Source: Anthoceros angustus (lineage: Eukaryota > Plantae > Anthocerotophyta). Taken from it: DNA of 64,000 bases. The translations under genes were made by a program, and so were the position numbers. Of this stretch, positions 23,451 through 35,919 are shown in pieces. How positions within the stretch are numbered: the stretch's first letter is position 1; each line of letters starts with the position of its first letter. The stretch is taken from NCBI GenBank assembly GCA_010909165.1, contig MU008190.1, positions 469,166 to 533,165 on the forward strand, in the 5' to 3' direction. The notes below the pieces were generated by a model. That model searched no databases, was not told the origin of the DNA, and was given only the letters and a program-made list of their open reading frames with translations.

Positions 23451-25222
23451 CGCAACAATACTCATTACATCTCGAGATGAATATAATTGAGCAAGGTGAG
23501 TCCACATATCCTTGGAGGTCTTTGCGTGCATGTCTCACCATATGTTGAGAAAGTCCAGACCAATAAATCTTGTGCCTTCTCGTCCCTGGCGTCCCAGGAA
23601 GGTTGAAGTTCACGTTCAAATCGGGCGTGTGGCCTTGGAATTGATCCATCGACGATGCCCCAAAGGTCTCTTTGCCGCAAAGCTCCTCGCATTCTCAATG
23701 ACCATGTCATAATCCCTTCCATTGAATCTATCTTTCTCTTTGAAGTCACCATAATGATAATGCAATGAAGTGTTAGCATTATCATTACCCAATGGGGAAT
23801 TAGGAAGCAGTTTGTTCTTCATTGATCACTCCAGCCATTGTAGGTGATTTAGAGGACTAGGCCTCGCCCTCTGACCTCATCTTCTTGCATGCGAAACTCT
23901 TCTCTTGCATCATAATCGATTCGGATGATGATAGCATGCTCTCAAATCTCGCATTATCAACCTTAGAGAGAATAGACAATTTTGTCCTTAATTCAGATAA
24001 TTCTCCTTAAGATCAAAGGATTGGATTCTAAGAGTTGCTAATTGACTATCAATTTCTTGAAATCTAAGAGTTTTCTATGCTATTTTTGTCTTGCGGACTA
24101 GAAGATAAAGGAGTACTAATACCATTCAAATTTGGGATATGTTGGAGAGCTAATTCTAATGCCTTGACGTGAATTGGACTAAAACTTCTAGCAAATCACG
24201 TCTAGCTAGCTTGATAAACTTCCCTTGATCTGGTTTAGAGATTAAAATAGATGCAATGAAGTTTGCTATACAAGAGGAGGTTTCTTCTATCTCTCCCTCT
24301 ATAGCTTGTTGTCTTCTATTGCTTCTATGTGTTGGACTCCTAATTTGTTCTTGTCTCTTGAGACTACCTCTCTTCTTAACTCTATGCCTCCTCCTTCTAA
24401 GGGAACACAAATCCATGGAAGTGCTCTCAATGGAGTCACGATGTGAGGAGGGCCATGTGTTGAACTAGGAAAGGCCGTGGAAGAGCACTCACGGCAGGCT
24501 GAATTTGTAGGGCTGCAAGATGGAGTGTGGCCAAACCATAGGAAGGCGTGTTGTGGCTGCAACATGGTGAAGGATCACAACGGGTGTGCATCATGATGGC
24601 GGAATTTGCAGTGAGGCTGCAAGTCAAAGTGAAGGAGGCCGTTGTGGCGAGGAAAATGGGTAGCAAGGAGGGTTGATACGAGGTGTTGTTGAGGTGTGAG
24701 GAGTTCACGGGTAATAAGTGCAATTTAGTCATGCACGCAAGCCATTTGGGTGTCTTGGACAATGAAGCGTAAGAACTCCAAAGTTAAGTGGCCTAGGGGT
24801 GGATCGGACTAAGATGGGATGCCTTTGTGTGAGGTGTTTCACTTATTATATTTCAAGTCACATGAGAGCTAATTGGGAGAGTGTTGAGTGGTGCACCCTC
24901 ACGGAGTAGGATGTAGGGAGTGGCGGGACTCTACTGAGTGGTAACTAGGTAGGTAGATGGGTAGGGAGTGGTGAGGTCTCCCTGTGAGTGGTGAGGACTC
25001 CCTCGTGGGCGTGAGCGACACCCTACTTGGATACCTTGGGAAGCAAACTTTCCATATTAGGCGGGTAGTGTGGGTGCTTTTAGCAGTGCACTGCTAAATA
25101 GAGGGGGTGGAAATGGTGCCACATGGCAAGGAATCAACGGCCTATATCAAGGAGTTTCTTGTCTACCAAAGGGCCATGCAAGCGGGGGTGTAGGGGTGGC
25201 ACCTAGGAAGCCCGAGGAATCG
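23451..25222. repeat. tandem duplicate of about 21661-23450 (1.8 kb)
   Basis: Both copies start CGCAACAATACTCATTACATCTCGAG and end near CACCTAGGAAGCC.GAGGAA. Confidence 0.9.
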
Positions 25223-27195
25223 CGAGCTTGTGCATGCAAGGGAAAGCTAGGGCAAGGACTTGGTGAGAACGCTGCCCATGTGTGTGCAAGGAGAAGGAGG
25301 TATGCGTGCATAAGGAGTTGTGTGTGAAGGTTTGAAGCACAACTATGAAGACAGGCGCGAATTTTTTGCCTAGGACCTTGCAAGTGAGGGATTTGGGCGC
25401 ATAAGGAGCTGTATGCTGTGAGGACATCAAGTCTGAGCTAGGTGGGACTGTGGAGTGAAGAGGAATTATCTTGAAGGGTGCAAGATGGTGAAAGCGCCTG
25501 CACCTAAGAAGGGCAAGCTGGTTGCTAGGGAGCCAGGAGAAGAGGTACAGATGCCCGAATTTAATTGCTTCCCTGCACAGGTGGAGGCTAGGCACTTGGT
25601 GGCATTCAGATGGTTTGCTGGACAACCCAACACATCCGACAGGTATATGGAAGGCCGTAGAGGATGACTCGGAGGAGGAAGAGGAAGGCATGGAGCAAGA
25701 TCCGCTCACGGGAGACCTTCTTGTAGTGGAGAGTGTGGAGGCGGTAGGGCCATAAGAAGTTGACCCTACGTCCGTAGGAGGTATAAGAAGTTGACCCTAC
25801 GTCCGTAGGAGGTGTAGAGGGTGGCCCTACATCCGTAGGATCACCAGGCGGTGCGACGGCAGTAGATGCCGCGGAGGTAATTGAAGGGGTTGGTGGTAGC
25901 TTGGAGTGTGAGCTCGTTGCTGAAAATATTGGGCATGGGATGGTGTGTGTGGAGGCTTGCAATAATTGTGGAGGGATGGAGTGCAAACCACGGAAGAGCA
26001 TGGGTCTCTTCTCCACCAAGCTTTAGATTTCTTGATGTTGAGTGTGGCTCGAGGGCCTCTGTGGAATTATGGGGTGGAGTTGTGGAGTCAATCTTGAGGC
26101 AAGTGGAGGTGCGATTGGTTAGGTTGGGTGAGAACTCTTAGGATTTTGGTAGCTGAACAGTGCAATGTTAAAATAGGGAGATTGGAAGTTTTCTAGGCTG
26201 ATTGTCATGATGAGCGAGTGGGGTAGTGGTTTTAATGCTGGCTTTAGGCGGCTATTAGTTTATAGTGGTTGAGGAAGAGCAGTGGAAAAGTAAGGGGAGG
26301 TGTGGCCAAGGGAGGCCTTATGTATGAGCCCTATATATAAGGCAGGTTTTGAGAAGAAAATATCGCGTCTTGCGCTCCCAAACTCATGAGTCCTTTGCTC
26401 CTTGTGAAGGAATTTCGTGCGGCTGCAAGCTAATGCGATGTCTGGTAGAGGAGTTTGCGGTGGTGGTGGTCTTGGCGGAGGCTCCTTGCCTTCTGCAGTT
26501 GCTCCCCTTGTGAATGGTTCTTTGTAATTGCTTTGGGTGTGTGGCGATGCCCATGGAACTCGGCTTGAGGGTAGACTAGAAAGACTCCTGGAGGTTCTCA
26601 TTGCAGTGCAAACTCATAGCAACTTTGCAGGAAGAACTTGCTTGTATGAGAGTTGTCGTAAGGCGAGCTAGGGCGATGAGCTTGAAGTAAGGTTAGATTA
26701 GGAGGATGAGGAGTTGAGTTGAGGTGAGTGTTGAGGAGAATGTGGAGCTGAATGTTGAGTAGAGGAGTAGGTAGAGATTAGGAGTAAGAAGAAGGCCCAA
26801 GTCGAGCCTAAGGGAGGGGTCCCAAATGCACCAAACCAAGGAGGAGGCTAAGGTCTCAAAATCACGGGGTGGAGAAGTCGCTGCGCCGTGGGGGGTCCCT
26901 ATGTGCGTGGCGATGGACCTACCGCGTGGGACCTACTGTAGATGTCGTTGTGGTCGAGGCGGAGATCAGCGGGCGGTCACGGAGGTGTCGTGGCTCTGCG
27001 GTGTGGAGTTTTGTGGGCGCGCGGGTAGTTGGGCGCCATGGCACAAGTTGGAGGCCTTGAACTAGGGCGAGGTAACCTATCTTGCGCCAGTGCGACCCTA
27101 CGTGGTAGGATGCCGTGCGTTGGGATAGGGTGTCTCCTCCCACGTAGGAATGAGGTGTCTTTACCGATTACTAGATCTCCTACAACTCTCCTACA
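24870..27195 (+). mobile_element. 3' part of an Athila/Tat-like gypsy family member, including an LTR at about 26166-27195
   Basis: 26330-26640 is the reverse-complement homologue of LTR sequence at 39030-39350 and 55730-56050. CCTAC..GTAGG repeats lie upstream. Boundaries are approximate. Confidence 0.65.
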
Positions 27196-27399
27196 AGTGG
27201 TAGGAGGGGTAGGCCCTACAATTGTTTGTTGTTGGTTGTAGGTCTAAGGCGATTTGATGGGCGGTGCGGAGGCGGTCATTTCTGTCGAGTTGGTGGTTGA
27301 GGATGTGCCAATGGTGGAAGGCAATGGGAAAGGAATAGTGGGCGATCACGGGGTGGTGAAGTCGCGTTGCAACGTGGGGTCCCCGTAGCCCGTGACCTA

Positions 27400-29494
27400 C
27401 GCCATGGGGTGCTTCGCTCTGCACTCCGGCTCCGCCGTTTAGTACCTCGCTAGCTTTCATCGCGCGCTCCCCTCCGCCTTCCTCAAGCGGACCAACAGCT
27501 TCTTTTACGCATCCGGGCCCTCACTCCCCATTCATCACGGCTGAAGCTCCGCCATCTCTCTTCCAGGCGGTCCGCAACTCCGCCCGGTTCCTTGCCTGTG
27601 TTCTTCTCCATTAAATCACACTCCCTTGTTCAGCCATCGCCTTACCTCCTCCGCCTCCAGCATGAGTCGCTCTATCTCCCAGCTCGTGATCGGCGATCCC
27701 ACACCCGATCCGTTCAGCTTCGATTATGTCTTTGAGATTTCTTGTCAAGGTCTCCCTTCGCGGTCTTCCATCTCTGCCGCCGTTCCTCCGCTCCAGCGCC
27801 AAGCGGGCAGAGATCCTCCATCTCCTTGTTGCTGGCCTCTTTCTCTTCCGCGCAGTAGGTCCGTGCACTGCTCATTGCCTTATACACTCCAGCCCTTCGG
27901 AGGTTGCTTGTGGCATCCTGCCATCCCTCCACAGTTTCGATCCAGTGGTAGTCCAATCATAGTCGGTTTAGCGGCCTTCCGCCTCCAGCGCCCGCCTTCA
28001 CACGAGCTTTTGAGGCTTGGTATTGTTCTGCCAAACCCGCCTCGGCAGGGGTCTCGAGCCCGCTCCGCTTGTCCTCGGGCCTCCAGCTCCCCTGCGCCAC
28101 TATCCGCCCATACAGCTGCGGAGGTCTCTACACCGGGCTTGGGCCACCTGCCTTTCAAATTTGTCTCGCACGGGTGAAGGACTTTCCGGCTTTCCCTAGG
28201 ACCTCCCGCCTTCACTGATGCTTTCCTCCTCGATTCGAGGCGAGAGATTACTGCCTTCTTCTTGGCCTCTTGGGGCCGCCTCCACACAACTCTGGAGGAG
28301 CACCATCGCCTCTGGTTGCCTCTATCACTGGTGATTCTTCTCTCTGCCGTCGTCCAGAGGAGACCCCGAACATCCGTCCATAGCCAGTTGCGGAGACTCG
28401 CCGTGTCTCTTGCTCTTCCGGCCGGTGTGACACCCAAGAAGTCCGTGGAAGTAGGTCGGGCAGGTCCGTTAAGGACCATGAATGGCTGCGATCGGTGAGT
28501 CAGGACTTGGCTCTCCCGAGACACAGTCAGGGAACCCTCCCGGGTCTTCGAAATTGCCTAGTCGATCCTTCCACCTTCCTTGGCTCTCGTTTGGCCGCTG
28601 GCTCCTTCTCCGCCCGTCTTCGTCTTGGACTTGGTGGCGGCGAGGGGTCAGTGCTCCGGGGCTGGCGCGTTTCCCTCTCCCTGTCGGAATGGGGCCGGAG
28701 CTCCGGGGATGTGGCTGCTGCGGTGCCCCCCTGCACCTTGAGGCGGGGCGTCTCCTATAAGCTCTCATGCACAGCCTCAGCCTCCTTGCCACTCCGGTAG
28801 GTGGGGAAACAGTGTGCTCCTTGGTAACCCGTTGGTAGGGCCACCTTCCGCACCTCTTGTGACTCGCTTTGTCCGGCGTGAGCTCCATTTCTTTGAAATT
28901 TTGTGGCCAGATTCTTTGGGCTGATATAGGCGTCGCCCGGTAATCAACTCCACTCCTTCACCTTAGGTGCTCCGGTCCCGTGGCGGGCACCTCCTCCTCG
29001 GGAGAACTGAGGAGGAGGCGAGGGATATCCTCCCATACCTCCCGGGGCGGCGAGGGTGTCCGTTCCAGTCGGATGGAGTCCGGAATCCCCTCCCAATCAT
29101 CTTCCTCCCGGGCCCGTTTGGCCTTAGGAGGTCGGGCCTCCGCCTCTGGCGCCTTCGCTCCTTCCCGCTCTGCCTCCGGTAGGGCCGCCAGCCCTTTCTG
29201 GAGCGCCCGCTCCTCTTCTCCCTCCTTCAGGAGGTTGAGGTGTCCCCATACATGGATGAGGAAGGGGCGGTCTTGTGACGGCGCGACTTCTCGCTAGCTT
29301 CCCGGCCTCATGGGCCGATCCAGGCGAGGATAATCGCCCCGATTGGCCCGTTGCTCATCAGAGGGTGTGCGGGAGAACACGGAAGATTGTTGCCAAGGTG
29401 ATCCACCTTGGTGAAACGCATGTTCAATGGACAATGTACTGCCACTCACCCGCCTATCGGTAGGTCCAGAGCATCGGCCCGGCCGTTTGCACGG
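27400..29494 (-). other. GC-rich degenerate coding-like segment, probably TE-derived, ending at an assembly gap
   Basis: Broken charged, helical-looking frames on minus (e.g. DYHWIETVEGWQDATSNLRRAGVYKAMSSARTYCAEEKEASNKEMEDL). No recognised domain. N at 29495. Confidence 0.35.
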
Positions 29495-30251
29495 NAAACT
29501 TTAATAAAAAACGGGCTTCCATAATCTGCGGTACAACTATTCAGATGTACTGAAGAGGTACAACTATTCAGACACAGGGTATAAAAGCCCACCACTTGTA
29601 ATCAATTGACTTAATTAGTAAAGCACTAAACTTTAATAAAAAACGGGCTTCCGTAATCTGCACATGTCGCACATCCGCTAGTGTCCTATGTTGATTCTAA
29701 TAGTGTCCTATGTTGATTCTAATGAGGAATATAGGGGAGTGAGATACTCTAGAACCTAATATAATAGATCTAATTAATATTTTAATACATGTATCATAAA
29801 GCTAGGTACATATGTACAAACGTATGTAACCTATTACATATGTGCTATCGTAGTACAGACCTAGTGATCTAAGGCACTGAAATCGACAAGGGGAAGAAAT
29901 CTGTTCATAAACGTGTTCACTAGCTCACTTCACTGACTGATTCAGCCAGCCCTTGCCCTCGCGCTCGCTCTTTGGCTTCGGGAGATCGAAAACTCTCGGC
30001 ATGGAAGCTGCTGATCATCTCTCCCCATCCCCTTCACTTGACATGCGCAGTGGCAGCCACAGTAGCCGCACGCTCTCTCCTCTGGTATGCACATTGTGCG
30101 CGTGGTGAGGACGCTCAGACCGCTTTTCCCTGTCAGCTGCGTCTGGTGCGGCCCCCACACAATTTCTCGCCCCTTCCTTTCCTCTCCCTTCCTTCCCTTG
30201 CATCCAAGTGCTCAACCGTCTATGGGCTAGCCATTGGGGTGGTGCCCTTTC

Positions 30252-33200
30252 ATGGGAGAAGACGACGAACAAGGGCTTCCACCTTCGAAGCGCTTGAGGC
30301 GTTCTTCGCTCCTGACGACGTACCCGCAGTTTGGCCCATCTCATCTCTCGGAATCGGAGGAAGCCAGCAGCACCCACATGGCAGCACGCTTGGCCGCCGC
30401 AGATGCAGAGACTGTGGGCTCCAGAGGTCAAATAAGAAAGGTTGAGTTCGTGAGGATAATTACTCAGGCTCTTTACTCTCTGGGATACCATAGGGCTGCA
30501 GCGATTCTTGAGGAGGAGTCCGGAATTCCGTTGCAGTCGTCCGTCGTGACCGATTTCCGTGACCAAATTCTTGCGGGTCGATGGGATCAAAGTGTGGGAC
30601 TCCTGCAGAATGTTGGACCACTGGACCTCTCTACTTTCAAGGCCGCCTCTTTTCTCATTTTGCAGCAAAAGTTCCTGGAATCGCTGCACATGGGTGACAT
30701 TGCTGGGGCCCTAAAGACACTGAGGACGGAAATATCTCCCCTGGATATCAACATTCAGCGAGTCCATGAGCTTGCAAGTTGTGTAGTTTGTCCCTCCAGG
30801 GAGGAGCTGCTTCAGAAGGCTGGTTGGAGGGGTCCAGGTGCGGTCTCCAGGTCAGGCTTGCTCTGCGAACTTCAGGAGCTTTTGCCGCCATCTGTTATGA
30901 TACCTGAAAAAAGACTCGAGCATTTAGTGGAGCAAGCTCTTGAAGTCCAGAAGGAAGCTTGTACTTTTCACAACACCTCTGACAATGCTCTATCTCTATA
31001 CGTAGATCACCGTTGTGGTCGTGATCAGATACCTACCCGGACCCTGCAGGTACTCTTCTAATTTGCACGCCCCTGAACACGCATGTGGGGCAATATCTGA
31101 CACTGCTGCCGTTTGTGTGTGGCGAGAGAGTGTCTGGGTGTGTGAATGGTGTTAGTTTTGGCCAAGCGGCTCAGTCCACTAGTTTACTTTGGGCTTCACC
31201 GGGGTGCGCGTTGCCAGCGAGTCTGCTGGGTGTGGGATGTTGTTCATTTCAGCGAAGCTGATCAGCCAATTGCTTACTCAACTCCACAGGGGTCCACCTC
31301 AACCCACCCACCCTTACACTGAATGGTTCTTGGTTCAGTCTCTGCTGATGTTTATTGCCCTCTGCCAAGAAGCAGCATCCTTATGCATTTAGGGGCACGA
31401 CAGTCTCTTCCATGCCCATGCATGTGATTTACTACAACAATGAGAAATTGGAAGCTTTTGCTGCAGTTTTGCTGGCTCATGGAGTGCGAGATATCAGAGC
31501 AGTGGGAAAGCTGCACTTCTACAATTTTTTCTGCGCGCCAATGTAGATTAGTACAAGTCGCTTACTGAGGGCTTTCATGCACTAATTTAGACCAATCCTG
31601 TAGCTCTCAAAGAGCAAGTACTCTTTGACAGAGTGGGTCATCGTTTTTGGGAATTTGTGAGTCCATCTCAGGGGAAGCCGATCTTGTATTTCGCTAGCCT
31701 CGTGTACTATTTTAGTCAGCAAATTTTGTGCCCATGTGTACTGTTGCGAAATATTTTTTTGCTGATTTGGCAATCTTTTATTGTGGATCTCCTGCCAGGT
31801 TTTAGAAGCCCATGACAATGAAGTATGGTTTTTGCAATTTTCGCATGATGGAAGGCACCTTGCTTCAGCTTCAAAGGACTGCACAGCAATTATATGGGAG
31901 GTTTGTATTCTTCCGATTGTTCCTTGTACCTGCTGATGTTGCACATCTGGTTTGGCGTTTGTCACGAGGGCATTAAGGTTTTGGTTGTATCCGTTGTGGG
32001 GAGGGTTCAGATTGTGACACCGATATTGTAGATGGCTAGCTGACTGGTTGGTAGTATGTGCCGAAGTGCACATCTGGGTCTGGTGTATTTTTTGTGTCTC
32101 TGAGTTTGACCTCGAAAGACAGGTGTAAACTGTGAACTGTGAGCGGAATCTTACACTGGGTAGGTCCTCCCTGGTGACATCTACGACTGGAACAGATGTT
32201 GAATATTGTTGTAGGACTCCAAAGTCAAGCTGCATGCTTCTGGTGCACATTGCTCGACAGGAGACTCAATTGCTAATGGGACGCTATGTGATAAGCAGGT
32301 TGTCGATGAGGCCTATGTGAAGTTGAAGCACACTCTAACGGGTCATCAGAAGCCTGTCTCGTTTGTGGCATGGAGCCCAGATGATGGTATGCTTCTCACA
32401 TGCGGAAACGAGGAGGTGTTGAAATTGTGGAATGCTCAAACAGGAGAATGTAGACACACTTATGACAAGCCGAGTGGTTGTTTCACTTCATGTGCATGGT
32501 TTCCAGATGGTCAAAGGTTTGTGTCCGGTGGAAATGACAAGTGCATTTATATGTGGGACTTAGAAGGGAAAGAATTGGAGTCCTGGAAGGGTATAAGGAT
32601 GCCTCGCATCAATGATCTTGCCATAACTCTGGATGGCAGTCACATGGTGAGCTTGTGTGGAGACAGTCACATTCGGATATATAATTTGAATGAAAAGACA
32701 GAACGAGTGATTGAAGAGGAAAAGTCTATTACTTCCTTCTCGGTGTCCAAGGATGGGAGATACTTGCTGGTTAACCTTGTGAATCAGGAAACCCACAGGA
32801 GTCAGGAAATCCACCTGTGGGACATTTCTGCAAACTCCAAGTCACCATTCAGGTACAGGGGACACAGGCAGGGGCGATACGTTATCAGGTCATGTTTTGG
32901 TGGATCGGACCATGCTTTCATCGTCAGTGGGAGTGAAGACTCTCAGGTTGGTAATATAGGCTGCAATGAAAGTTGCTCATCTCTGGTTTTTCTGGGAGCT
33001 GCTGGGCTACATCTCGCTGTCCGATGACCAGTGTTTGTTTTTGTGCGTTCCCAGGTGTACATCTGGCATCGGCGTAACGGGGAACTTCTTGAAGTGCTAC
33101 CTGGTCACTCTGGCACAGTGAACTGTGTAAGCTGGAATCCTAGCAATCCTCACATGTTTGCATCTGCTAGTGACGATCATACTATACGGATTTGGGGTTT

Positions 33201-33309
33201 GGGCAGGACACCTCAAGCTCATGATGCAGACACCAGCAATGGCATAGGTCATCTAGTAAACGGTGGAACCAGTGATCTCATGGAGAATTTAAGACCCTTC
33301 GGATTATGA
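30252..33309 (+). CDS. WDR26: WD repeat-containing protein 26-like (LisH-CTLH-WD40, GID7-type); exons 30252-31049, 31799-31900, 32299-32946, 33055-33309; 600 aa
   Basis: [15 protein letters not shown] (LisH), [10 protein letters not shown] and [14 protein letters not shown] (CTLH region), WD repeats, [21 protein letters not shown]. Three phase-0 GT-AG introns give an uninterrupted frame. Confidence 0.93.
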
Positions 33310-33763
33310 GCTACGAGGCCCGCCCTTCAGAACTCTGTTGTCCAGCTTCTCAGGTTCTGGTGTTGAGGTTTCCGTTGTAGTAGAAATGTGTCAAGCTTGT
33401 TGGGCAAGTTCAGGACCCAAAGCTGTATATAGCTAATTGATGTATATTTCAAATTGGTTTAACGTTACTCGTAGTACCTACTGTAGTTGCCTTGTATTGG
33501 TTGGGCACGTTGTTACGTACTATATTACTTAGGGACAGATGTCCACGTGAGCTGCCAGACACCTGACCTTCATGCGGGGGAGTTTCAGTCGCAGCCTTCA
33601 CCAATAAAAAGATGGATGGAGGGCCGTTAGGAGAGTGGTGGTTGCGTCGCGGCATGGCTTAGCGGCAGACAGGGCGGCGTTCGGCTAGGGTAATGAAACT
33701 GCTGTGCTTCACAGTTTACAGTTCTCGTCGAGAGTCGTTCTTACGTCAATGTTTGTGGTGAAG

Positions 33764-34239
33764 GCTGCGGACGATCCTGAAAATGTGGATTTTGGAGGAC
33801 CAGGTAAATACCGGGGCCCTGTTGCGCCTACGGTTTGCGTGACGTATCTACCCTTTGCGTGCCGGGTCTTTGCAGGTCCGGAGTACGAGTATCCACTGTC
33901 GACAAAAGACGAACCTATTCCTGTGGTTGACCGTGAGGTGGAGTATGAAGAGGAGGGAATAAGTCCTATACCAGGGGAGCATGCTCCCAGCTTGACAGAT
34001 AAAGAGATCAAAAGTGGGCAAGCATACTTCTCTACTGCGCAACACTGTCCAGTCTCCATTTGTATTATAGGCTGCCTACGTACGTATCAACTATAGATAA
34101 TTGGGCAGATATGGAAAAGACGGAAGCTGAGGAGGCCAGTGAGTGGTCCGAAGAAATGACTCAGAACGGTCCTCTGCCGTGTGAAGTGGAAGACACGTTG
34201 CCTGAGGAGAGGGAAGAGTTCCCAGACGATAGAGGGTGA
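33764..34239 (+). CDS. probable small spliced gene for an acidic protein (exons about 33764-33803, 33876-34013, 34097-34239; first exon unresolved)
   Basis: Good splice signals (CAG|GTAAAT, TTTGCAG|, CTATAG|) and short introns. Joined frame: AADDPENVDFGGPGPEYEYPL...NWADMEKTEAEEASEWSEE...FPDDRG*. Confidence 0.55.
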
Positions 34240-34271
34240 AAATGAAAACTTTGTACATAAATCTGAGTGTG

Positions 34272-35017
34272 TCAACAATTTGACCAAACCTTCTGCGCAC
34301 TGATCACACCAGACAGCAAACCGGCCATAGCTAGCATCGCAGGAGTCGATAAAACCTTCCTTGGACCATCAGTGATGGAACTCAGAGCGAGTGTACTGTC
34401 AAGCACATCCTGCACAATGGAGAATGTCTTGATGATAAGCTTTCGACAATCACCCGCCCTTGCGCTCTCAGCCTGTAAAACCCTTAGCTGTAGAATCTTC
34501 AGCGGCAAGCTACCGGCGTAACCCGCCAATTCCGCGCAAGCGCTTGTCAAGCTAATCCGTTTGGCATGCTTGGTAGATATGAGACCAGATTTCATCTACC
34601 ATGTGCAAGGCAGCCAGCTATTAGAGGAGTTACAACACGGCAAAGAGCGCCTTAGCATGCTGGGAATGGAGGAGTGCCTACCAGCCACAGCACTTGCTCG
34701 AGAAAGTAATAAGTGCCTTCACCCGCGTGTGCCAGGAGATAGAGAGCTCGTAGATGTAGACTATTGCCGCAGCTCTCAGATATCAAACCGAGCGCGTTCA
34801 CGTTCTGCACAAACTTGCCGAGTCGCAACGCCTTTCGGCTTAGGTTGACCCTTGCATCAAACTGTTCCAGACGCCGCGAAAGATCGCTCCTCTCCTCGTC
34901 CCCTGCTAAAGCCAGCCAAAGCCGAGTAGCATATCGGATAATCTTCAAGGTTTTGTCAACACCGTCACGACGAGCGAGGAAAACCTCCAAATGCTGCACA
35001 CATCCTCCCCTCGCCAT
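34272..35017 (-). CDS. PEX11A: peroxisomal membrane protein 11 (PEX11A-type); exons 35017-34682 and 34595-34272; 219 aa
   Basis: HLEVFLARRDGVDKTLKIIRY, SRKALRLGKFVQ, GEGTYYFLEQVLWL|MKSGLI, SIVQD, AGLLSGVISAQKVWSNC. 86-nt phase-0 GT-AG intron. Confidence 0.92.
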
Positions 35018-35919
35018 GACGACTCCAGCGCTCTACTCTTCAGCATCCAACGTGCTGAGCTGAGCCCAGAGAGCAGAGCGGCGGCACTCCCGTCTTCACC
35101 AGCACATCCCGATTCCCTTCTCGCTACGCCGCCGAGAGATTCGGCGAGTCGAACGGCAGGGAGAGGATCTTCCTGGGCTGAGCTTCTCTTTTCCATGACC
35201 CCGCTATTCTTTGAATTCTTTGCAAAAGTCATACCTCAAGGGGGAGGGGGCTCCGTCTATGCTCACTAGCTGCCCTCACCTAAGAATCCGCAACTCTTAC
35301 ACCTTCCCTCAGCATACTCATCAAATTCCTCCACTATGGAAACAAGACAAACGTCCTGAACTTCGTACCATGTTTTTCTGCGAAAAAACGAGACGAAAGA
35401 AGTTACGCAAAAGCCAAAACCCTAGATGGGTTATGTCAGCCATGATTTTACGTTATAAAGAAGCCCGGGGATGCAGGCTACTCGTACCCAGCTTGCATCC
35501 ACGCACACCTTCATAGTAGAGGAGAGAATTAGAGAGGTGGCTAGCAGCGTGAAGAGCTTCATAAATGTGTCTTGCTCAGCCATATAACCCTTTACACCAA
35601 AGCTTTTTCTTGGCTGGCCTGTGGATAGCATTTGGCCATCAATAACAAAAAAAATGAGTTATAATATATTAGTTATAACTCTTAAGATTTATTATAATTA
35701 ATGGATTAGTATATATATTATAGAGAAGTTATTATCATTAGGAAAATTAAGAAAAAGATATTTATGCTATATTGTTTAATAGGCCATTCGGAACTTTTGT
35801 AAAGCGTAGAGTACCAAATGCTTATTAAAAGTTATTCAAATGAAAATAATTTTATTCATTCCTAATGCAATATTTTAGTTATACTCGAAGACACTTTTAT
35901 GCTATTTGTGTAACTTTAT

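Noticed and set aside
29496-29722. Short direct repeats after the N
   Set aside because: They lie at a contig end and have no TIR or TSD structure, so they are likely local duplication or end artefact.
31582-32250. 222-aa minus-strand ORF, and 30015..30689
   Set aside because: Antisense shadows over WDR26 exons and introns, with no recognisable domain.
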